Shown piece after piece: positions 33,915 to 41,992 of a stretch of 64,000 nucleotides of DNA. Numbering within the stretch: position 1 is the stretch's first letter; each line of letters begins with the position of its first letter. Location: the IMG/VR virus record IMGVR_UViG_3300044800_000286. One strand, 5' to 3'. Below the pieces are notes generated by a model. That model ran no database searches and had not been told where the DNA came from. It saw only the letters and a list, made by a program, of their open reading frames with translations. Source of the DNA: a virus. A program made the position numbers and the translations under genes.

Positions 33915-34193
33915 TTAGTCGAATTGTTGGGGGTCAACCCGTCCGCAAGATTCCCCGAAGATAGCACGGAGGAGCCTCTCTTCCGGAGAAAGCTTGGAAT
34001 CAGCGCCCTCGGGATAGAAAAACATCCTCAGCTTGCAGCACAGGAGCGCTGGCTCCCCGTTGACTTGCACGACATCTAGGTGGTTGTCCGGGTCCCCGTG
34101 GCAATTGTCGCAGCACTCCACCCCGAGGTAGCCGAAATCCTTGCAGGTCTTGGTGTATTCGATGGCAACGCTATCGATCGTGAGGATTCGCAT
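33915..34193 (-). CDS. small Cys-rich hypothetical protein
   Basis: CC..CH and CC motifs. Confidence 0.6.
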   Translation of the reverse strand: MRILTIDSVAIEYTKTCKDFGYLGVECCDNCHGDPDNHLDVVQVNGEPALLCCKLRMFFYPEGADSKLSPEERLLRAIFGESCGRVDPQQFD

Positions 34194-34221
34194 ACAAAAG
34201 AGCCCGCTAGCCGGGATTCCG

Positions 34222-34503
34222 CTATTCGATGATGGCGGGCTTGGGAACTTCGTTGGCCCCGGCGAGCAGGATGCTCGGCAACTCGCACTCCACCGTGGCG
34301 AGTCGGCTCGGGCAGATCAGGATGAACTTGTTCTTCTCCGGGTTGCGGAGCAGCCCCACGCTCGCGTACTGCTTGAGCATCTGCATCATGAGAAGCTGCG
34401 TCTGCTGGTCAATCGGGTACTGCGGATCGGCCGGGGCGGTGATCTCCTGCGAGGTCTCTGTCCCGTCCGCGAGCGTAATGCGGAATTGCAGCTTAATTTC
34501 CAT
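34222..34503 (-). CDS. hypothetical protein
   Basis: AAGGA RBS; MEIKLQFR... Confidence 0.6.
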   Translation of the reverse strand: MEIKLQFRITLADGTETSQEITAPADPQYPIDQQTQLLMMQMLKQYASVGLLRNPEKNKFILICPSRLATVECELPSILLAGANEVPKPAIIE

Positions 34504-34738
34504 CCGTTTCCTTGCAGCACACGTCGAGGACGAACCGGGCCGCCATCGCCGCGACTTGGATTGCCTCTTCAAGCTGCTTGCCCTTGTTCGGATACTGCTC
34601 TTTGATCTCGTCCCAAAGCTCGTCCGTCTCTTCGAGAATCACGGCGTAGCCTTCGTGGGCGCTCGCCATGGGACCGTGCTTCTTCACGGCCCTGCGAAGC
34701 TCGTCGGCGATCAATCCGCACACCTGTTCGATATTCAT
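34493..34738 (-). CDS. MazG-like nucleotide pyrophosphohydrolase
   Basis: HEGYAVILEETDELWDE...EEAIQVAAMA. Confidence 0.7.
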   Translation of the reverse strand: MNIEQVCGLIADELRRAVKKHGPMASAHEGYAVILEETDELWDEIKEQYPNKGKQLEEAIQVAAMAARFVLDVCCKETDGN

Positions 34739-34776
34739 CTCTGTCGTTGAATACTGCGTTTTCCGGGAGTGTCGTC

Positions 34777-36696
34777 CTATGCAAGCTCGCAGTTGTTGGC
34801 CGAGCATGCGAGTTCCTTGGCCCCGTCGGTCATGTCCTCGGTCTCGAATTGCTGGAGAAGGCCCCAGTCTATCGCGGGCATCTTCTCCAGCAGGCTGTAA
34901 TACTCGTCCTTGGATATTTCCTTGTACGGGCTCTGCTTGTAGATGTGGTTGGAATGCGGCAGGAAGGAGACCCCGCCGATGATGTCGAAATGCTTGTACA
35001 CCCACGCCAGCACTTCGGTCCATTCGCTCTCTTTGACGTAGATCGTGCAGGACGGGTTGTGCTCCGTCCAATGCATCTTGTACGTAAGGTAAAGCTCCAA
35101 TTGCTGGATGGCATTCAGGTCATTCCTGCAAACGCTCGTCTCCGGGGACTCCATTGGGAAGTAAAAGACATCCACGTCGTTCGGCTTCACCGACTCGGGC
35201 TCGTTCGGTATGCCGATGGACTTGAGGAAGGCCGACACCGGGCTCTTGCGGTCCTCGCGCACAGCGCGGACGAGCCAGCGGGAGAAACGAGTGTGAATGC
35301 CGGAGGAACTGTTCACCAACTGGCTCACGGTGCCGCTGGGCTTCACGCAGGTGATGGCGGCCGGGACCTCGATGCGGAGCTTGGCGGCCCATTCCGTGGC
35401 GACCTCGACGGCGTACTCGCGGAATTCGTCCAGCAGCTTCTCAAGCTCGGGCCCGTTGGCGGACATCATCTTGTTGTCCATGATCCCGGTCAGGGACACG
35501 CCCAGCAGGCGTTCCTCCTCGGCGTTCGTCTGCCATTCCCTGCGCAGGTAGCGGAATTTCGTCAGGGTGGATTGGAGGCAGCCGATGATCGTGGCGAGCC
35601 GTATCTTCTTTTTGATGCTCGCCTTGGTGTCGTTCGGCCGGATCACGCATTCGCTGAGGTTGCACAGGCCCTTGGAACGCAGGATGATCTCCGCGCACGG
35701 ATTCACGCCGAAATCGATGTTCTCCCACTTGCGGCGGCCCGTCTTCTTCGCCCATTGCTGGGCCGCGACCCGGTTGAAGATGCCGCGCTCTCCGGATTTC
35801 GACTCGATCAGGGTGAGGAACTCCCTGATGAAGATTTCCGGTTCCGGCTTCTCCGTGTAGGCGACGGAATTGTTCGCGAGGCGGCGGTAGTCGAAATCGG
35901 TCCACCACTGGCCGTTCTTGGCGTTGCGCATGCGCTCGTCGCTGAGGTTCGACAGGGATAGCATTGCCGAGCGCCTGACGCCCCCCACGACCACGATGTC
36001 CGCGATCGTGCACATCAGGTCGTGGCATTCCAGCGAGTTGAGCTTGCGGCCCGCCGCCTTCTGGAAGATGCTGATGGTGAACTTGAAGAGGCGGTCGAGG
36101 GGCCCTGGGCCGCTCGCCCTGCCGCCCATGGTGCGGAGGACCGACCCCGCGGGGCGGACGGCGCTCAAATCCCACTTCGGGATGAGCCCGCCGTACAGAA
36201 GGGAAACCAGTTGGCGAAAGGAACTGGCCCAGCCGATCTTGCTGTCCCGGACTTTGATGACCGTATCCGTGTCATAGAATTTCTCGGCGACGACGGGCAT
36301 CTGGTTGACGTACTGGCGCTCGACGCTGAAGCCGACGCCCGTCCCGCACATGCTGATGTACATCGCCTCGTCGAACGCACGCGGATCATCTACTGCAAGA
36401 TAAGAACAATTGTACCCGGCACAGTTGTCTTTTTCGAGGGCTTCCCCCGCGGTCATCATCGCGCGCATGGACGGCATGACCTCCATGCGGAGGATCGCCT
36501 CCTCGATTTCCTTCGCGGTAGACTCCCTGTCCGCCTTGGGAATCCTGGGAGTAAAAAACTCTGTGTAGCGATGGACCGTTTCGTCCCAGTGTTCGCGGCG
36601 GCCTTTTTCGGGAAGCCATCGGGCATAGCGACTCTTGTGGATGTATTGGGAATAGGGTGAAATGTTGTACGCGGCATCAACGGCCTTGCTGACCAT
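34777..36696 (-). CDS. nrdJ: class II (adenosylcobalamin-dependent) ribonucleotide reductase
   Basis: MPSMR, YNC, GTGVGF, GGVRRSA, NPCAE, CVKPSGT, HNPS, C-terminal C....C. Confidence 0.93.
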   Translation of the reverse strand: MVSKAVDAAYNISPYSQYIHKSRYARWLPEKGRREHWDETVHRYTEFFTPRIPKADRESTAKEIEEAILRMEVMPSMRAMMTAGEALEKDNCAGYNCSYLAVDDPRAFDEAMYISMCGTGVGFSVERQYVNQMPVVAEKFYDTDTVIKVRDSKIGWASSFRQLVSLLYGGLIPKWDLSAVRPAGSVLRTMGGRASGPGPLDRLFKFTISIFQKAAGRKLNSLECHDLMCTIADIVVVGGVRRSAMLSLSNLSDERMRNAKNGQWWTDFDYRRLANNSVAYTEKPEPEIFIREFLTLIESKSGERGIFNRVAAQQWAKKTGRRKWENIDFGVNPCAEIILRSKGLCNLSECVIRPNDTKASIKKKIRLATIIGCLQSTLTKFRYLRREWQTNAEEERLLGVSLTGIMDNKMMSANGPELEKLLDEFREYAVEVATEWAAKLRIEVPAAITCVKPSGTVSQLVNSSSGIHTRFSRWLVRAVREDRKSPVSAFLKSIGIPNEPESVKPNDVDVFYFPMESPETSVCRNDLNAIQQLELYLTYKMHWTEHNPSCTIYVKESEWTEVLAWVYKHFDIIGGVSFLPHSNHIYKQSPYKEISKDEYYSLLEKMPAIDWGLLQQFETEDMTDGAKELACSANNCELA

Positions 36697-36859
36697 GGTA
36701 TGGAAAATTCCTCTCGAAGCTTGGGTATGAACTGTGGAGTTACAATGCAGTTCGATTCGGGTGACAACTTAGGTTTAGATATTAGGCGGATTCACTAACT
36801 CGCGGTTTTCGAAGCGGACGCGATTTCCCAACCATTGCTGGGAAAAGCGGAGTCGGAAG

Positions 36860-36903
36860 AAAAATCTTCGGGTGCCGCTCCAACCCGGCACCCGAATCTT
36901 TTT
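36860..36903. terminator. probable bidirectional terminator
   Basis: TTCGGGTGCCG/CGGCACCCGAA 11-bp stem flanked by A and T tracts. Confidence 0.6.
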
Positions 36904-36956
36904 GCGCCTGGAGCTTAATACTCTAGGCCGCTGCGACTTTAAGGAAGTTTTGGGAA

Positions 36957-37280
36957 TTATACGCTTGTTTCCCTTCCCCACTTTTGTGCTCTATACGTCC
37001 TCCCCCACCCCCAAACCTCCCGAAAGGACTCGCACCATTCGTGATCGCATCCGCCTTCGCGGGGACCGTCGCCGAGACAGGGAAGCGACTCGTCCGGCTC
37101 GTCCGGGAATCCGCCCTCCCAGATGTCATAATGCTCCGCACAAAGCGGAATCCGATGTCCACACTCATTAACATAGTAACGGCAGGTGGCGGGATTCGGG
37201 CAACGATCTGGGTCATCATCCCAAGTGAGATCGAAAGGCTCTCCCCAATAAGCCAGATTCATCCCCAAGCATTGCCTCAT
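36957..37280 (-). CDS. Cys-rich hypothetical protein
   Basis: GGAGG RBS; operon spacing. Confidence 0.5.
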   Translation of the reverse strand: MRQCLGMNLAYWGEPFDLTWDDDPDRCPNPATCRYYVNECGHRIPLCAEHYDIWEGGFPDEPDESLPCLGDGPREGGCDHEWCESFREVWGWGRTYRAQKWGRETSV

Positions 37281-37284
37281 CGCT

Positions 37285-37539
37285 TCACCTCCAAGGCTGC
37301 GACTCGGTATCGAAGGTAAACGGGTCTTTCGTCGTCAAAAACTCGTGATTCTCCTCTCGAAATTTGACCCGGTGTTTCTTGCAAAAGAAGCACATGTCCC
37401 CGAAAAAGGAATCATCGCTGTCGCACCAATAGAACTCCACGGGAGCACCGCACTCGGGCGGCTTGCCTGTGTCGGAACCCCCGCACTTCATGGGCCCAAA
37501 CATTGTTGGAAATTTTGTTTCGTATAAAGCCATCTTCAT
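37285..37539 (-). CDS. hypothetical protein
   Basis: AAGGAG RBS; ATGA coupling. Confidence 0.6.
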   Translation of the reverse strand: MKMALYETKFPTMFGPMKCGGSDTGKPPECGAPVEFYWCDSDDSFFGDMCFFCKKHRVKFREENHEFLTTKDPFTFDTESQPWR

Positions 37540-37691
37540 TTCTCCTTCTTTATCCTCTTTTTCGCGCTTGGGCCTTTGGCGAGTGCCTCGGCCTCGGCTT
37601 TTTCCAGCGCCTCGTAGGTGCACAGGTCGCACTCTGCGACGGGCACCTTGAGCTTCTTGTTCACGTGCTCACAAAACTTGCTTTTCTTCAT
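37536..37691 (-). CDS. small hypothetical protein (51 aa)
   Basis: Not in ORF track; ATGA-coupled at both ends; GAGG RBS. Confidence 0.6.
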   Translation of the reverse strand: MKKSKFCEHVNKKLKVPVAECDLCTYEALEKAEAEALAKGPSAKKRIKKEK

Positions 37692-38029
37692 TCGTCCTCC
37701 GACTCGCGTTCTCTGTGCCTGCCGTCCAAAGTTGTGGTTTTAAGTAGTCGTTCGACCTTGGGCCATACGGTCTCGAAATCCTCGTCTGGTCGGAGATCAA
37801 GGTCCCAGCCGTAGCCGACGCTGTTGTGGTCCGCTACGCGAATCACGAGCCACCGCTCCGGGGAATCCAAGTTGCAGCCGTAAATCGCGATCGTGACGTA
37901 GGCCGAGCCTGTCGCTGTGAGGCGAGTTTGTGGGACACCGTATGTCGTCAGCAACTCATCCTCGGTGATGAATTTATTCACGATGGCGGCTGCCAACTCT
38001 TTGATTCGTGGATTAATCTCTTCGGACAT
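37688..38029 (-). CDS. hypothetical protein
   Basis: AAGGAG RBS; IRVADH motif. Confidence 0.7.
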   Translation of the reverse strand: MSEEINPRIKELAAAIVNKFITEDELLTTYGVPQTRLTATGSAYVTIAIYGCNLDSPERWLVIRVADHNSVGYGWDLDLRPDEDFETVWPKVERLLKTTTLDGRHRERESEDE

Positions 38030-38221
38030 CGATTTCTCCTTTAATTATTATAATACTAAAGGCCCGCCAAAAATCGGAGAAAATAAAATTTGCAAGTCGT
38101 TGGCAATAAATACATTATAGTGTGATATTGCCGGAGGTACTGGTACCAATGAACTATGTGAATAAAAGCCAGTTTGGGTAGCGAAAATTCCAGGCCCGCT
38201 GTATACTTTTATACTGGAGAT

Positions 38222-38800
38222 ATGATCGACATGAACAACCTGCGGAGCCTTCTTTCGGAACTCGCCCCTGGCCCAATAGCCGAGGCCGAAGCGGAAAAAA
38301 TTGAACATCTACTGTGCGAATCTTGGGGTGAGCTTTCCGGCAACGATTCCGGCGGGATGCTGGCTTACAAATTGCTAAATCGCACGGAAAATATGCTTTG
38401 GGAGCCTCCTATTCTCAAATTTGAAATTGAGCGCCATGGCGCAACCGTTAACGGTTCGGTCTACGCTGGCGTCCAACTGTGGGGGATCGATGTGGCGAGG
38501 GGGGTGGCGATTCTCGGCGGCGAAAAACGCCGCCTCGTGGGTAAGCCTGCTAAACCGCTAAAAGTCGCTCCGCTTGCGGAAGAGATCGCAGCACTAATGC
38601 TCGGACGGAAAGGAGACCCGCGGTTGAAGTGGCTGACCCCAACGTGTGTCAGAGTCGAAATCTCAGAAGTGATTCCGGCCACCAATAAACAAACTACTTC
38701 GTCACGGCGAAAGCGCTTCATCCGGGCGTTAGAAAACGAGCTTGCGCCCGCGGGCTGGCGGAAAGCCGTGGGAAAACTGAACACTTTCGCCAAAATTTAA
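38222..38800 (+). CDS. hypothetical protein
   Basis: TAGCGA-N17-TATACT promoter and GGAG RBS. Confidence 0.7.
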   Translation: MIDMNNLRSLLSELAPGPIAEAEAEKIEHLLCESWGELSGNDSGGMLAYKLLNRTENMLWEPPILKFEIERHGATVNGSVYAGVQLWGIDVARGVAILGGEKRRLVGKPAKPLKVAPLAEEIAALMLGRKGDPRLKWLTPTCVRVEISEVIPATNKQTTSSRRKRFIRALENELAPAGWRKAVGKLNTFAKI

Positions 38801-38900
38801 GGGGCAACGCATACACCGGGAAAATCGTGAACAACGGGCCGAGCCGGGATTCCCCCGTCTGTCGGTCGCTGCTCCCACTTCCTGAGCTTTGTCTTGAGAA

Positions 38901-39701
38901 TTATCCTCCTAACTCCGCAATCCTCACCTCCAGTTCTTTAATGTGGTGCTTTTGGTCAGCGATGATCTTGAACATCTGCTCGGCAACCTGTTTCTTTGGG
39001 TGCGCCCACTCCAAATTGCTGGGAACAAAGCCTTTTGCTTGATCTACAATGTGAATGGAGCTATTTTTATTTGGTTTTGGTCCTAGATTATCCCGAATCC
39101 GTTTCGCCCCGGCGAAAAACGACCCCCCATTATCTCGATTCCACTCATCAAAAAAGGGCATTCCAGCATAGTTGCGAAATTGCTGAAGATGAGACATCTT
39201 AAAAATGTTGCGCTGGTGATTTGCCACGGTGGCGTACTCTGGAACTATTGCAGTGAAACCGTACTTGATGCGGCGAGCCACGCTTCGGCCGGTTAGATCG
39301 CCGTTGATTATCTCGGACCCAAGCGCAACCCATGTCGCACCATCTTTGGAGACACGCCACCATGCCTTCTCACCGCGAAATGATACCCGATTTTCCGGAC
39401 GAGCCGCAAGCTCTATAACACGCCGGCCGCCCTTAGTTGTGATGCCAGATAAGTTAGGAGAGTGCCGTCCTGTATGCCCGTAAGACCTCAAGCACGGAAC
39501 TGGAGCTAAGAGAGCCTTACCCTCAACTTTTACACCACAAATTCCCGAGAAAAGTCCGGGTTCAAGCCGCAGGTATGACTTAATGGTTTTTGGGCTAGCT
39601 TCCAGACGCTTTGCAATTTGCATGATGGTGCAACCTTCCCTTTGGAGGTCTAACGCGGCTTTGCGTTTTTGATTTTGGACGCTCTCCGAAGTTCCACTCA
39701 T
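38901..39701 (-). CDS. HTH-containing degenerate HNH-like endonuclease
   Basis: N-terminal HTH; LGPKP...SIH..D..KGF.PSNLEWA. Confidence 0.55.
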   Translation of the reverse strand: MSGTSESVQNQKRKAALDLQREGCTIMQIAKRLEASPKTIKSYLRLEPGLFSGICGVKVEGKALLAPVPCLRSYGHTGRHSPNLSGITTKGGRRVIELAARPENRVSFRGEKAWWRVSKDGATWVALGSEIINGDLTGRSVARRIKYGFTAIVPEYATVANHQRNIFKMSHLQQFRNYAGMPFFDEWNRDNGGSFFAGAKRIRDNLGPKPNKNSSIHIVDQAKGFVPSNLEWAHPKKQVAEQMFKIIADQKHHIKELEVRIAELGG

Positions 39702-39852
39702 ACTGCACAATACTGTCGCGTCAAAGAGTTTTTGAATTCAACTGTTGTTGTTTCAATAACCTATGGATAATGTAACCTCAAGTATCGTTGTTGATTCTAA
39801 AAAGGATAGTACTTCTGTCCTAAGACAAATTTCTTAGGAAGGAGAGGCCAAA

Positions 39853-40773
39853 CTATTCTTCGGTCGCCGGACCTGTCCTTTTGCCCCTTTCTTTGGGTGG
39901 AAAAAGGTCGATGATGGCACAAATGTCCCTGATGCGGCGGCTGAAATCCGCGCCGAACACATTGCTGAATTCGTTGAACGTGAGGTTGCTGTTCACCACA
40001 AGCTGCCCGTAGTTGTCATGCAGGGAGTTCAAGATTTCAAACAAATTGGCACGGCGAACTTCCGTCTCCTTGATTTTGTCGATCTCTTCGAGGAAAAGGT
40101 GGAACTTGCCGCCGCTGTCCGATGCTGCCTTGATCTTCTCGCTTGATACCTCGGGCTCCATGAGCATGGGCTTGAATTCATCGTCCGGGTCGTGTTTGTG
40201 CATCGTCCAATCGGTGTGTTGGTCCAGCATAAGCTTGGTGGAAATGCGGCGCACGGGAAAAACCCGCCTGTAATCCTCGCGCATGCAGGTCTTCCACAGC
40301 AAGTCCGCGTACAACGCCGTCGTCCATGTGGTTTTGCTGGTTCCCGGCGGCCCGAAAAACGCATAAGAGCCCTCGGGATTTGCCTTAAGCGCATTAATGA
40401 CTTCCTGTTGGCGCTCTGTGGAAAGCGTGGACTTGCCATAAGGCTTCAGGTTCTTCAGGGTGATCTCGCGGTAGCGTGGAGGCACCGTATCCCGGTAGAT
40501 TCTGGTAAAGTTCGATAGGCGGCGGGCGTACCTGACGCAGGTGGAGCAAGTCACCAGCATCATCGGGTTGCTGTCCTTGTTCCCGTTGTCTTCGTTGTAT
40601 TTTTTCGTTACCGGATCGGGAACCAACATCTCGCGCTCTCCGCGACATTGGGGGCAGTTGGGGCACTTCTCGTCGAAACGACTTACAAACCAAGCATAGC
40701 CTTCGTTCCCGAGACGCTCCCGTTCGAGCTTTTCATACCAAATCGGTCTCTTAGTTTCAAGCATTCGCCGCAT
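39853..40773 (-). CDS. DnaC/IstB-like AAA+ helicase loader
   Basis: Zn-binding Cys, VPPRY, GPPGTSKT, LEEID, NSN, sensor arginine. Confidence 0.8.
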   Translation of the reverse strand: MRRMLETKRPIWYEKLERERLGNEGYAWFVSRFDEKCPNCPQCRGEREMLVPDPVTKKYNEDNGNKDSNPMMLVTCSTCVRYARRLSNFTRIYRDTVPPRYREITLKNLKPYGKSTLSTERQQEVINALKANPEGSYAFFGPPGTSKTTWTTALYADLLWKTCMREDYRRVFPVRRISTKLMLDQHTDWTMHKHDPDDEFKPMLMEPEVSSEKIKAASDSGGKFHLFLEEIDKIKETEVRRANLFEILNSLHDNYGQLVVNSNLTFNEFSNVFGADFSRRIRDICAIIDLFPPKERGKRTGPATEE

Positions 40774-41992
40774 CTCCGAACTTGTTCAAGCAGTCTTGGC
40801 ACCGGGGGAACCCCTCGGCGTTGGCCCCGGTCTTGCCGCAGTCGCAGCATACGGCCTCGTCTCCGGTCTTGAATGCTCCGCCATCTTGACGGTACTGGGC
40901 CTTGCCCTCGTTTTTGATTTCCGCGATCTTCTTTTTGCGCAGGGCACCAGCCTTGGACTCCCCCTCGCGGGCGCTTTCGATCTTGGAGAAGTTATCGACA
41001 AACATCTTTACGGGGCCTTTACTCACGGCTTTGTTGACGGCCTCCACCCAAAAGGCGGAATCCAGCAAGGCCCACCTAATGCACTGGGAAATGTGTTCAT
41101 AGGTTGTGCCTTTGTTGAGCAAGTCCCTCAGCGGGACCGACCAAAGACCATTCTCAAAATCATCCTTGAACTTGCTCAACTTACCTAGTTGGTCGAAAAA
41201 CTGGTCCGCGAGGCGATCCGCGGGTGTCCAAGCATCCCTACGCGCCGACAGGGGGGTGTGAATGGGCTGCTTTTTCTCCTCGGTTGCCCGCCGGTTGGGT
41301 CTATAGGGAATTGCTTTACGGTCTTGGAACTTCCCAGCTTTTGGATCGACCCACCTATCGTCCGACCATTGAACGGTTTCTGGCTTTTGAGATTCCATCG
41401 GTTGATCCGTTGTTTCCTCGGGGGAATTTTCACTCTCAACAACAACGGGGAGTGTGGCAGGTCTGGCCGGTCTGGAAGTTTGGAGGTCTGGAACGTCTGG
41501 AATAGGTGCCTCCACTGTGTCCTCACTGTGTCTCTGCTGTTCCTCCACTAGCGCATCCACCGCTGCTTCGACCGCGGCTTCACCGTCTGCTTTACCGTGG
41601 CTGCCACCGTTTATTTCCTCCAACCGTGGTTCCACTTTATCCGTGTAGAACCAAGCGTTTATGCGGTATCCCCTCAGTGCCGAGGGTTCAAATTTATGAA
41701 TTACGATTAGGTATCCACCCCGCTTACCAACCCCCTTCGGGTAGTTGATGTATCCGTGCTTCCGGAGCCTGCGGAGTGACTTTTGAATTGTCTCTTTTAA
41801 GCCCGCGTCGTTGAATCCATTGAGCGCGATACCAAGGGCCGTTTGTCGGCACACCCCAGTCTTCCAGTTGCAGTTCAGGTGCAGCCAGAGATAGATGCCA
41901 AGATCAAAGGGATGAAGCTTGCCTTCCTTGATATGCTTATTTATGCCGTTCCGGATTTTTGCAAATCCTTCGTCTTTGTTCTCTCTACTCAT
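40757..41992 (-). CDS. putative replication initiator (N-terminal winged HTH)
   Basis: IYLWL...IQKSLRRLRKHGYI; position between helicase and loader. Confidence 0.6.
   Translation of the reverse strand: MSRENKDEGFAKIRNGINKHIKEGKLHPFDLGIYLWLHLNCNWKTGVCRQTALGIALNGFNDAGLKETIQKSLRRLRKHGYINYPKGVGKRGGYLIVIHKFEPSALRGYRINAWFYTDKVEPRLEEINGGSHGKADGEAAVEAAVDALVEEQQRHSEDTVEAPIPDVPDLQTSRPARPATLPVVVESENSPEETTDQPMESQKPETVQWSDDRWVDPKAGKFQDRKAIPYRPNRRATEEKKQPIHTPLSARRDAWTPADRLADQFFDQLGKLSKFKDDFENGLWSVPLRDLLNKGTTYEHISQCIRWALLDSAFWVEAVNKAVSKGPVKMFVDNFSKIESAREGESKAGALRKKKIAEIKNEGKAQYRQDGGAFKTGDEAVCCDCGKTGANAEGFPRCQDCLNKFGDAANA

Noticed and set aside
36697-36860. Cobalamin riboswitch or NrdR box upstream of nrdJ
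   Set aside because: No recognisable B12-box or convincing tandem NrdR consensus.
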